A stretch of DNA of 64,000 nt from Amoebophrya sp. A120 (lineage: Eukaryota; Protista; Dinoflagellata): the NCBI GenBank assembly GCA_905178155.1, contig CAJINV010000003.1:4499863-4563862 (forward strand). The letters are read 5' to 3'. Shown piece after piece: positions 10,801-22,349 of this stretch. Within the stretch, counting starts at the first letter, position 1, and each line of letters begins with the position of its first letter. The notes under the pieces are model-generated. The model had not been told where the DNA came from, made no database searches, and was given only the letters and a program-made list of their open reading frames with translations. Made by a program: the position numbers and the translations under genes.

Positions 10801-13482
10801 CCCGGGTCCAGCGGACAGTCGAGGTAGAGTTCGTCTATTGGCGTATTGGCGGACCCCGCGGCTGCGTGGAACCGATTCGTACCGTCCACCGTGTGACCAA
10901 AGGTGCGCAGCTTGCGCATCGCGTCGCAACTGTAAGCGGCGCGCTGCTTCTCGTTCGCCTTAAACCTTTTCCCGAGGTCCAAGTCCAGCCATGCGAGCGA
11001 GGACTCGTTATCTGCCGGGGTATGCTCCTCCGGGTAAAAGAATGCGGTCGTGTCGTGCTCGCGGTCCTTCTTCTGGTTCTTCAGAAACGCGTGCTTGTCT
11101 TCGTACAACTGAGGCATGTTCGCAATGTGCTGCATTTCGTTTCGGGGCATGTCCCAGCGCGCACTCGGATTGCCGCTTCCCCCCATCTCCGGCCCGATCT
11201 TCGATAGAATCTGCTTCTGGCCCTCCTTGTAGGTGGCCTGCACATCGGCGTGATCCGTTTTGTAGTCCTCCCCCGCCTGAATGTCGGTGAAGGCCGTGGA
11301 CGCTGTTGTGTGTCCGGAGTGTCCGCGCCGCATCCCGTCCCGTCGCGCGCGCTGTTGCAGCACGTGCCGCCGCACGTGAAACTCCTCGGACCGAGGCCGA
11401 GCCTCGCTCTTGGTCAGCGGCTGCTGGGCGATGCTGGTGGCGTCGAAAGCGAGCTCGGGGAAAATCAAATGCCCCTTCAGGTTCCCGTCGTTCCGGCGCG
11501 TGCGCTTGGCTTGTTCGCGCGTCCCACGCAGCGCGGCGTGGTCCTGTTCGCCCTGTCGCGCGGTGAGGTGGTTCACCTTCACGTACGACAACCCGGGATA
11601 CTTTACGTCCACCCCGGTGTGCTTCATCGCGTCCTTCGTTTCGGGCGCGAGGTACCCAGTTTCCTTGGCATGAATGTGGTCCAGCACACGGCGGTAAAAC
11701 TGCAACGACAGGGCACCCTCGTTCTTGTAGCGCGTTGCCAGGCGTGCGGCCCGAGGATCCACCTCGGTATCCGACACGGTCTGCAGCTCGTCGGCCGTCT
11801 TGTCCTTTCGCACAAATTTTACTTGTCGCTTCTTCTCCTTGCCCTGCGCCTCGCGTTCGCGGACCCCCGGGGCCCCGAGCACGCGCATTCGCCGGCGTGC
11901 ACGCGCTGCGGCGTCCGCCTTCTCAACCTCGTCCTTAGTCACGCCCTGCGCCTCCCAAAGTCCGGGCGTGGTGAGCTGCGCGTCTCTTATATCGATCTCG
12001 TGGTTCCAAATATACCTGCGTAGTTGATATCAGTATTTAGTGAACTTTCATTTCCTGTTTTTTCGGGCATACAAGAGAAGTCGGCAGAACGAAGCCACGA
12101 GATGAAAACACACTTAAATCTTCTAACCCCCTGCAAACATCGTGAAAGTTCAAAGTAAGTAAGTACCCCTTGCCCAGATGTGGCCACTTCCAGGGTGGTG
12201 GTACGTCATTATCACCCCGTCGAACCATCTCCGGAAGTCCTCGTTCGTGGATGCGCTGCCGCAAGTTTTTCATCATGCCCTCCTTGGGGAAAGAGAACAT
12301 TTCGTGTAAGGGCGTGGTGCGGACGTCTCTCACTTTGCCCGCGGCCCGCATGTCATGGGCCTCCTGCAAGTCCTGCGCGCTGCTGGTCCGGCCTCGATCG
12401 GTGACTTTCTCGGCGACCGCAAATTTTTTCCGCTCTACGTCCTCGATCACCTTCTGCCTCGCGGTGGCGTCCTCGGGCCTAGAATCCAGCTGCTGCTCCA
12501 GAGCGCCGTCTCGTCCTGCGGACGACTCAGTCGCGGCAGGCTGCTCTACTTCCCGTGCCGGCCCTCCCAGGGGGCCGCTGCCTGGCGCTGCGGCATGCGG
12601 GAGCGGTGGTGGGGGAACAAAGTGCACGCGGCTCTCCGCCCCCTCGTTCACTTTGTCGTCCAAAATGTGCGGGTAGCCGCGGAAGTACTCAAAGTCGAAA
12701 TCCTCCGTGAAGTCGTAGAAACGGCGGTTTTTCTCCTCCTCCTGCAGCCTCCTGTGATCGATGCTGAGCCCCGTGCGGACGGGATAGGAGCTTCCTCGCT
12801 GATGCCGGTTGTTGCGCGTGATGGTCTTCGAGCGACGCACTGCCCCCGGTGGGACGGTCGTTAGATTGTTGCGGCGGGGGGACGTGTGCCGCACCGCCAC
12901 CAGGTCGTCCGGCGTGTACTCTTGTCCGTTCCGCAAAAAGAGCTCTGTGACGTCGTTCGGGCTCTGGTCTCGCAGCTGCAGGGCCGACGGCGAGCCCGCT
13001 GCGGGACCCGGCGGGCCGCGCGGGGACGCGGGCTTTCTCGTGTCGTGGGCTGTTCCCGATGCAGTTCTTTCCTGCTCCGGATCATACACGCATTCGCCTT
13101 TCAGGGCCTGCAACTCCCGGTCCACGCGCCCCTCTTCCCACTCGGAGAAGTCCCGCCGAACGGCCTGCGACCGCGCGTGGTGCTGAAACGGGGGATCGTT
13201 AACAAGGGATTTGCTTACCGCGGCACCAGCATCTACATCGTCGCTGACCTCCCGGCCCCAGGAGTCCACCTGCTGTCGCGTCTCCTTTATTTTGGACTCT
13301 CCGAACCCAACCTCCCGCCCGCCCGCCATGCGCCAGCTGGCCAGTGGTCGCAGATCCCAGTGCGTGTTCTGCGCGGCCGCCGTGGTTTTTGCAACAGCAA
13401 CCGCGTCCCGCGGCGGAGCCCGCTTGACCGGGTTCCCGAAAATGTCCTCATAGCGTTGCTGCCTCTCTCTTCGACCCGACAT
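4866..13482 (-). CDS. Very large hydrophilic hypothetical protein (~2821 aa, 2 exons)
   Basis: ORFs 12037..13482 and 4866..11942 are joined in frame by GT-AG intron 12166-12016 (…HLGKG-YIWNHE…); no recognisable domain. Confidence 0.8.
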
Positions 13483-14049
13483 CTCGATTCAGCGCAACGC
13501 GCCCGCCGGCGCACCTTCTGCGCAAACAAAAAATGAAAGTGAAACTAGTGATGAAAAGAAAAGGAAAACAACAATGCTGCTGACATTATTTGTACATTAT
13601 GGTATGTTCTTGAAGGTTATAATGTTGAAAGCGGATACAGTATTTCATAAGTTTTTTGCTTGCTTCAGACGAATTCCTAACGTAGCCTGCGCTTTAAAAC
13701 GGAACAAAGTTTCATAGCTTTCTTTTCATGATCTGCACAATAATGCGCAGCAGACCACTACTTCTACTTGTCGTGTGCAACATGCGCTTTGTACGACGGA
13801 AGTACGCCAACCACGACAGGAACGATGCAATTGACGGTGTACGACATCAGACACACGACTGTTTGGAACGATTGCAAGTTCTTCATTAAGATTTACCTTT
13901 GCGTTTGAACGACGGAAAAATAATTCTTTCACGAGTACTACCTTTTCAGGTTCAACAAGAACGGTGCCGCTTCTGAACAGTATGATATACACCCAGAGTA
14001 ATTTTACTGGCCTTGGACGACAAGAGCGTTTCCGGAAGTTGAGTAGATC

Positions 14050-14610
14050 AAAAAGAAGAAAACAAAAAAAAAAAAAAAAAAAAAACTAAAAAAAAAAAAA
14101 AAAACAAAATAAAAAAAAAAAAAAAAAAACAAGATAAAAAAAAAACATATAAAAAAAAAAAATAAATAAAAAAAAAAAAAAGAAAAAAATAAAAATAAAA
14201 AAGAGAAAAAAACTAATGCACAAAAGAAAAAATAAAACTAAAAAAAAAAAAAAAAAACAAAGAAAAACAAAAAAAACAACACAAAAAAAAAAAAACAAAA
14301 AAAAAAAAAATAAAAAAATAACAAAAAAAAAAAAAATAGAAATAAAAACAACAAAAAAAAAGAAAAAAATAGAAAAAAAAAAAACAAAAAAAACAAAAAA
14401 AACAAAAAAGAAGTAAAAAAAAAAAAAAAAAAAAAAATAATAAAAAAAAAAATAATAAAAAAAAAAAAAAAAAAATAAAAAAAAAAAAGAAAATAAAAAA
14501 AAGCAAAAAATAATAAAAAATACAAAAAATAAAAAAAAAAGAAAAAAATAAATAACAAAAAAAGAAAACAAAAAAAAAAAAAGAAAAGAAATAAAACAAA
14601 CAAAAAAGAA

Positions 14611-14650
<40 letters not shown>

Positions 14651-14777
14651 AAACAAGAAAAAAAGGAAAAAAAAAAACCAACAAAAAAAAAACACAATAA
14701 AAAAAAAAAAAACAAAAATGAAAAAAAAAGAAACAAAAAACAAGAAGAAAAAATAAAAAAAAAAAAAAACAGAAAAA
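14050..14777. other. ~730-bp almost pure-A low-complexity tract, probable sequencing/assembly artefact
   Basis: Irregular A runs with scattered other bases and no periodicity; it abruptly replaces the exon and TSD expected next to the element at 14778. Confidence 0.7.
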
Positions 14778-15029
14778 TATGACTTGCTCAAACGTTACAA
14801 TCTCAAACGTTACAATAGAGTCTGGAATTTGTGTTGCATGATGGGCATGACAGACTCGCACAGCGTTCCACCTTTTGCAATACAAATTTTCCCAGATTGT
14901 AGTGGGGTTTGGAGCTCCGGAACTTCTCATGCGCAACCCCATGAGAGTTGGCTAGATCATGCTCATCATGCAAGACAAATCTCAGATTCCATTGTAACGT
15001 TTGAGATTGTAACACCTGAGCAGGTTATA
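14778..15029. mobile_element. Introner-like TIR element, family C (252 bp, ~70-bp imperfect TIRs)
   Basis: Left TATGACTTGCTCAAACGTTACAATCTCAAACGTTACAATAGAGTCTGGAATTTGTGTTGCATGATGGGCATGA matches the reverse complement of the right end (…ATTGTAACGTTTGAGATTGTAACACCTGAGCAGGTTATA). TSD not checkable because the left flank is the poly-A tract. Confidence 0.85.
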
Positions 15030-15749
15030 TCGTCCCAGGCTGCAGCGTCGCCGGCTTCCTGCGGAGAGATGATATGATACTCCTCGTCGTCGACCTCTGC
15101 CACGAGGTCGAACTTCTGCTTGTAGTACGACTGCACCTGCGCAGCGTCCGGCAGGTTCGTCGGGGTCCGCTTCGCAGGTTGAAACGAGGATGCTGGCGAA
15201 GATGAGAGCAGGTCGTTGGCGTTTGCTGTGATCGCAGGGGATCCGCCTTGTTTCACGGATGAGGAAAAGGTGCTTGGAACTACGTCGACCTCCTTGACGT
15301 AGTTGCGCGGTCCACCACGCGAAGAGGAAGGCGAGTGCTGCGACGACACCGGGGGGTCGCAAATCACGCCCGTAATTTTCTGAATCCGACCCTGGCCACC
15401 CCATTCGCGAATCTGACTGCGTTTCTCTTCGACAGTGAGTGGCTGTTTCTTGTTGACCGGGGCGGCTGCAGCCGCTAAAATCTTCGGGACCTGTAGTTGC
15501 ATTTCGGCACAGATGATTAGACTAAGTGTAAGTACCAAAATCCACATCTGAACAAATATTTGCTGGTGCATCGCATCCTCTATCGAGCGCACAAGACAAA
15601 AGAAAAGAAAACAGCAAAAACCATATTCATCGCTATACATCTACCGCTTTCCCGGGGTTTGTCACGTTCACTGGGTTTTTGGGCATCGTAAATATCCCCA
15701 CGAGTCCCAGGTGGGGCACCGTCATCGGTCGCACGCAAGACAATGCCAT
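15030..15749 (-). CDS. Hypothetical protein, 5' part (3' part lost in the poly-A tract)
   Basis: ATG 15749 (MALSCVRPM…GKAVD), GT-AG intron 15638-15491, exon VPKILAAA…AAAWDD running into the TIR element. Confidence 0.55.
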
Positions 15750-16378
15750 GTTTCTTTCTTCTAGTATTGGGCTATAGAAAAGTGGATTTCGCAAAGGCAA
15801 ACAAGGCGTGTGCGTGAATATATGTTTTAAAGGTAGGAAAAGAATCAAAATGCAATCGAAGGGGAAGCGAAAGAATAGTAGATGGACCTGAAGACGTAGA
15901 AGTAGAAGTAGAACTAGAAGACGACAATGGAAAAATAAGGAAAATAAGTCTTTGTCTCAACCGCTTGCCCAACCACCGCTAGGCTGACATTGCGGAAAAT
16001 CGAGGACCGAATGGAATCATACCAAAAATACCGAAAAGAAATCATGAACAGCTCTGCGTGTACTTATAGATTCATCTGCGAGAAAAAAACCGACAATTCT
16101 CCAAACGCGCAATACCACCGAGAAAAGACACCGATTCGTTGCATGCTTCCTGTCAACATGTACTACCGTCATTGTCATACTTCCGGTTCTGGATGAACAA
16201 AAGTCTCGGTGTGCAAAATGACTGTCACGCGAGTACTAGAAAACCGCTGGCTGCTTCAGAGCGCGTTCTTGTTGTTTCGATACTTTTACTGTGTTCGCTG
16301 TTTCACTAGATAATTGATGTCCCCGCTCGACATACGTAGCTTCGTACCGTTCTAGTCGTGGCCATAGTTGTACATTCG

Positions 16379-17868
16379 CTATTTCTGGTAGGGAAAGAAC
16401 TTCGGATACAGGTCATCCAGCACCAGGTACATGTCGTCAGTGGTCTTGGCCCCGGTAATCACGATTTTCCCCGAGACAAACACCAATATGGACATCTTCG
16501 GTTCGTCGTGATTCCACACCAGTCCAGAGAACATCTCTGGCTCGTAGGACGAGTACTCGCGAAAATCGTAAGCGATACCTGATAGATGAATTTATTCGAT
16601 TCATTTTCTGACTCTCTTTGCTGCATGGTGGTAGCGGTACTTCTAGGAGCACCCCCATGCATCTACTTCGCAACAACCGATACAGGCATGCAAGGTTCAC
16701 TGTTAGACTTGGGGTGATCACTTACACTTTCTGTATTCTCTTGTTCCGACAAGATGACAACGACTTCATAGAACAAAAAGTAAGGCTTTATCATACCTTC
16801 CAAGCGCAGCGGAAACCCGAGGTCCGCAATCGCAATTAGGTTTTCGAGCTGGTAGTTCGTGAACTTCGCATTTGGGTAGCCGATTTTTTGAAACATCTTG
16901 GCCACCTTCTTTCCGGCGAGTTTGGCTTCGTCCGGGGAGCGCGCCCCGGTGATCATGACTCGGCCGGTTTCGTACACCAAGGCGGTGGCTCGCGGGTCGC
17001 GGTGGCGCACGATCAGCGATGGGGCCTTCTTCGGGTTGTACTCGATGTTCCGCGCCCGGCAGACCGTGTCCTGCAGATCCACTTCCACCTGCAGCTGAAA
17101 GGACGCGACGCAGTTGTGGACGACCGGGACCACGTTGTCGGGCCTGGCATTGTTGGCCGTGTGCATCATCGCGCTGACCGACTCCAGGTGTGCCGAGGAA
17201 AATTTCGGCAAAACCGACAGTAACGTGTTCTCCGCGTCCACTTGACCCTGCTCGATCTTCTTCTCGCGCACCGTGGGCTTTTTCAACCCCAGGGCCTCGT
17301 TCCTCTGTCGCACCTTGGTGGCCGCGCTAGGCTGCGGGCCGAACCCGGAAAACGTCTTGTCGTCGCCGTCGGAGTCAATGTCAGTTTTCCTTTTTTTACT
17401 CAGGTCATTGTTCTGCTGTCCGGATGCAGAGGCTGTCGGCTGTTTCTTCGCCTGCTTTTCTGCTTCCTCCTCTTCTTCCAGTGTGGGCAACAAAGTTTCC
17501 ACGTTCGGTCGTTTCTTGGTGCTGGAAGCAGCTGCCGATTTATTCTGCAAAGGCGGTGCCCCGGCTGCACTCGCGGCCCCGGTACGACCAGAAGGCGCGC
17601 TGCTGCTACTGCTGCTGCTGCTTTTGAGCGTTGTGCCGGTGATTGGCTGTTTGGAGGCGGAATTAGTTGCTGCCGTGCTATCCGGCACCACTTTCAACTT
17701 GTCATGCTCCTTGGAAATGCGGTCGGCCATGTCTTCCAGGGCGTCGCCGTCGAAGTCCTCGGCTGCAGCGAGCAGGTCATTCGGGTTAACCGCCTTGTCA
17801 TCTTCCTCAAATCCCGTCCCGAAAAAGTCATCCCAGGTGTCGTACTCCTCCTCAGCGTCGTCTGCCAT
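16379..17868 (-). CDS. TBP: TATA-binding protein-like factor (TBP/TLF), 2 exons
   Basis: Repeat 1 VHNCVAS…NIEYNPKKAPSLIVRHRDPRATALVYETGRVMITGARS; GT-AG intron 16796-16579; repeat 2 ENLIAIADLGFPLRLEG-IAYDFREYSSYEPEMFSGLVWNHDEPKMSILVFVSGKIVITGAK; TAG at 16381-16379. Confidence 0.92.
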
Positions 17869-18347
17869 GGCTTGATGTTTTCAATCCTTCTTGTTCCAGC
17901 TGCTACACAAGAATGGGAAAGTCTTTTCCCTTTTGAAGTAGCGTGAAATCAGTTGAAAACGAAAGTACTAGAAAATCCTTCGCTTATAGTACTAGTTTTA
18001 AAATCTCATTGTTACGTTTTCAGAAACCGATTCGTCCTGTTGTTCCATTGGTTGGATCTGAAATGATCCGCATGAAAACGATTCTCAATCACATGAAAAA
18101 GCGGCATTCAGAACCGGATCGCATTTGCAATTTCGTGCGATAAGCCAGAAAAACAATCGGTTCAGGGCACCGAAGATCGCAACGCCACGGCGACAATGAA
18201 CTAGGATCCATTTTCATTCGGATACGAGGATCATTTTTCTTTTTGCGTATATAAAAGCTTGATCGAAGCGCTGGCTTTTGCCTGGCGCAGTGGATACGAA
18301 CCGTCAATTATAACACACCTTGTTTCCGATCATCCGACGTCGACATA

Positions 18348-18387
18348 ATTCTACATCACAGTATTTGATTCTACATCACAGTATTTG
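18348..18387. repeat. Perfect 20-bp tandem duplication ATTCTACATCACAGTATTTG x2
   Basis: Directly visible at 18348-18367 and 18368-18387. Confidence 0.9.
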
Positions 18388-18619
18388 CCTTTCTTTCGCG
18401 GAAGATCAGCAACTTTTTATTGTACAGAGACGGCGCCATTCCGTGGTTTTTCTGCTGACCTAAGATCTCCTGTAAAGCAGCAAAAGTACAAAATTCAGAG
18501 GCGTGAAAAGTAGTTTGAGGAATGCAAAATCAAAACATTTGAAAAGACGAACTACGTGGTTTGTTCAAAATGTTCCTAATATCATACAGAAATAATATTA
18601 GACGCTAAAAAATGACCCT

Positions 18620-19880
18620 CCCAACCTCCACCGTCGGACAGCCACCTCCTCCACCCCTTCCCTCATCCTCCGACCGACCGGCCTCCTCCTCCGGTCCAGA
18701 CCTCCTCCCCGGCTCGCACCTCCTCCTCCGGCCCGGACCTCCTCCTCCGGTCCGGCCCTCCTCCTCCGGTCCGGCCTTCCTCCTCCGGTCCGGACCTCCT
18801 CCTCCGGCCCGGACCTCCTCCGCCGTTCCGGACCTCCTCCTCCGGCCCGGACCTCCTCCGCCGTTCCGGACCTCCTCCTCCGGCCCGGACCTCCTCCTCC
18901 GGTCCGGACCTCTTCCTCCGGCCCGGACCTCCTCCTCCGGTCCGGACCTCCTCCTCCGGCTCGCGCCTCCTCCTCCGGCCCGGACCTCCTCCTCCGGCCC
19001 GGACCTCCTCCGCCGGCGCGGACCTCATCCTCCGGCCCGGACCTCCTCCGCCGGCCCGAGCCTCCTCCTCCGGCGGGGACCTCCTCCTCCGGAGGCCGGA
19101 CGTCCTCCTCCGGCCCGGACCTCCTCCTCCGGCCCGGACCTTCTCTTCCGGCTCGCGCATCCCTCCTCCGGCCCGGACCTCCTCCTCCGGCTCGGACCTC
19201 CTCTTCCGGGCCGGACCTCCTCCTCCGGGGGCCGGGCCTTCTCCTCCGAACGCTGGAAGGACCTCCTCCTCGGGAGACCGGACCTCTTCGTCCGGTGCCC
19301 CGACCTCTTCCTCCGTGGCCCCGACGTCCTCCTCCGGGCGCCCGACCTCCTCCTCTGGAGGCCGGAGGGACCACCTCCTCCTGGCGCTGGACCTCCTCCT
19401 CCGGAGGCCGGACCTCCTCCTCTGGAGGCCGGACCTCCTCCTCCGGGCGCCGGACCTCCTCCTCCGGAGACCGGCCCTTCTCCTCTGGAGGCCGCACCCC
19501 CTCCGCCGCAGGCCGGACCTTCTCCTCCGGGCGCCGGACCTCCTCCTCCGGAGGGCGGGCCTCTTCCTCCGGTCGTGCCTGCCTCGACCTCCTCCTCCGG
19601 GCGCCGGACCTCCTTTGCCGGCCGACCGACCTACACGCCCGGCCCGCGGACCTCCGCCGCCGGCCCAAGGTAGGTCCTTTCTCGCTCCGCCGGCCCCAAC
19701 TTCCGGCCTGCTGCACCCGGCCTCGGCGCCCAGAAATTCTTCTCCGGCCTGGAGAACTCTTCTTTCGGGCCCCCGGAATCCACCTTGAGCCAGCGGGCCT
19801 TCGCACCCGGCCCCTGACCTCCTTCTCTGGCCAGCGGCCGGACCACCTCCTCCGGTCCGCGGACATCCTCCGGTCCTCCT
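18620..19880. repeat. GC-rich minisatellite, 19-bp unit CCGGACCTCCTCCTCCGGY grading into a 21-bp unit CCGGACCTCCTCCTCCGGAGG
   Basis: Dozens of units; translation cycles through frames (19-bp part) or repeats PPEEEVR (21-bp part, ~19380-19560). Confidence 0.9.
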
Positions 19881-20295
19881 ACTCCATCGGGCTCGCGGAT
19901 CTTCAAGGCGGTGTACGCGCCCGTACGCAGAGCCACAGACCTTCGCTCTACTTCGCGCGTGTGCTTGCAACTGTTTGCACCCACGCAAAACAGAAAACCA
20001 TTGGAGCGCGCCAAGGCCCAGGCGCACACAATAGAGCCGGCCAGGCAGGAGGCTGGCGGGTTTTATTTATGTTTTGTCTAAGAAGCTTGCACTACATTGT
20101 TTTTCTTTCTCTTCTTGAGGTGGTTGTCCTAGTGGGGGGGATTTGTGATCGGTCGCTCTTTGCTAGTATAGTACACAAGCAAAAATTGATCTTGAAGCTC
20201 CAAACAATGGAATTTTGAGTTGCACAAACAATCAATCGTAAGTGGTTTCAGTCCCTGTCCAACATTGGTCGTCGTACTTCAACAATAAAACCGCT

Positions 20296-21348
20296 TTACA
20301 ACCGGCGGCCTGCGATTTGGCGCCCAGTGAACCCGTCCCTCGCCTGCTGCTCGCGAAGCAGCCTGGCCTGCTCTTCGGGTGTCATCATCTTCGTGACGGG
20401 TGCGGCGGCGGGAGCTGCTGCTTGCTTCGTGGTGACCGGAGCCTCGTCACTCATAGCGCCGGTGTTCGCGTTGGCGTTGAAGTTGACGCCGCGCTTGACC
20501 AACGGACCGATCATGGCACCGTAGGACGCGTTGACGAAGATGTTCATGGCGCAGGCGAACAAAACCACAAAGGGCAGCATGACCCCCTCCGAGGTCTCCC
20601 CGACCAGGTCGTAGTCCCGCATGATCTTCAGCACCGTGGAAAGCTGGAACAAAAACAGAATTCCGTTCATCGGCTGGCCCGCAAACTGCACCAAGGTGGT
20701 CGCCCGCCCGTAAAACGCGAACAGCACCGGGTAGGCCGCGCGCAGAAGCACGTACCTGTTTAATATCATGTATGTGTCCATCAAAACGTAATGAGATCAC
20801 CAAATCTATTTTTTTTTCCTATTCAAGTCCGGCGCCACGCAAAGAGGGCTGGGAAACTAACTCGAATGGAAAGACTATTCTGCAAAATACGTAAACCGAA
20901 ACCAAAGTAGAAAACTTCCAATCGCTTACAGCACGCCCAGCTCCACGCCGACGGCTCGGTTGACGAACAGGGTGTAGCACAGGAAGGAGATCACGAAGGG
21001 TAGGCCCTGTTCCATGTGGTTTCCGGACATTTTCTCGGCCAGGGTGTACTCCCCGAGGCTGAAGTTCCCGAAGTCCAGGTTGATCATGTTACGGACGAAC
21101 TGCTCCAGGTTGCAGATCAGCTGCTGCAGGAACGCGTGCGCCACCAGCACCAGCACGGCGGTCCCGTAGTTTTCCAGGTTCGAGTAGCCCGCCAGGGCCG
21201 GCTTGCCGGCCCCCGCGCCCGAAGAGTACAGCCAGAAGGTCACCAGCGCGACCGACCAACCGAACACCACGGGAAGCATCTTCACGTCGTGCGGGTCCGT
21301 GCCCCAGAAGTAGGGCCGGCCCGCAACCGAGGCGCGTTTCGGGTCCAT
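20296..21348 (-). CDS. MAPEG-like multi-pass membrane protein, 2 exons (~292 aa)
   Basis: GT-AG intron 20929-20756 joins NHMEQGLPF…GVELGVL to YVLLRAAYP; N..EQ..PF and Y...R..Y pattern typical of MAPEG; hydrophobic helices. Confidence 0.7.
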
Positions 21349-22349
21349 GGTATTTTGTTGACTCGGATGGGAGCGAGTTGCAATCAAGGAGAGAGGGAAA
21401 GTAATGTTTTACAACGGATAGAAAGCGATGGATGATGACGCAGAAGCAAGAAATGTGCTCTTAAATGGGGATGCTTCAAATGGGAAATCTGTTTCAGTCG
21501 AAGTCGATGTTTCGGTAACATAAAACTGCAGCACGCTTTCACATTCAAGAATAGGCATGCAGCAAAGGAAGCACAACTTACTTTGTAAGGATGAACAAAG
21601 TTTTTAGGTTGCAATGGTACGAACGATGAATCGTAAAAGTGTGTGCACGATAAGACCGATTCTATCTGTTGTAACCACATGAACGTGAGACTAGCGCGTG
21701 CCAAACCGATTCTTCTTGGTGAGAAATGATAGTAGCCTGGAAGTTGTCATGCTCTCCACCATTATCCGATTGCAGGACGACCGACATTTAGTTTACGTTT
21801 GTCTGCCGTGGCATTTTGGAACCGAAATTTCAACAGTGAGCGAGCTTCACCGACCATCATGAACAGCTGTGCGGGATGACCTGAGCCTTCATAAGATAGG
21901 CTTACCTGTAGCTCTTTTACTTGTACACGCGAGGACAGAGTGATTATAGGCATCTCACTTGTGGAGACCAAATTACATTTATCTGTGTATCGGCGGGTGA
22001 TCGATTCGATTATATATCAGATAGATTAAAACTCGATCAAAGATAAAGGTTGTTCAGAATATGTGGTTGATACTTTCACGATCAGTTTCAAACAGGGAAA
22101 GGGACCTGACTGCTTCTACTTGTCTGTATCATCGCTAGAATGCCGCGGAAGGATCTTGGTGGAAAGGTGGTCGATTTTCTGCGCAGGGGCCGGGTCGTCG
22201 CATGCTGGACGCGGGGCAGCAATTTCCTGCGGGCTGCGGCATCGAAAAAGGTCCGCTGTACTTGACAAAACGGGGCACCGCGACGCCACAAAGATCGAAC
22301 ACCGCAGAAGGCAGAAGCAGACAAGGCACCGGAATCGTCAGTGGGTCGC

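Noticed and set aside
4888-13536. Many long plus-strand ORFs (e.g. 6495..7931, 8610..9497)
   Set aside because: Antisense shadows of the GC3-rich minus-strand gene, with no motifs.
14086-14942. Poly-Phe / poly-Lys ORFs
   Set aside because: Translation of an A-rich low-complexity tract that is probably an artefact.
18055-18245. Weak inverted similarity (AAATGATCC…GGATCATTT) upstream of TBP
   Set aside because: Too short and gapped; no TSD or TAT…ATA ends identifiable.
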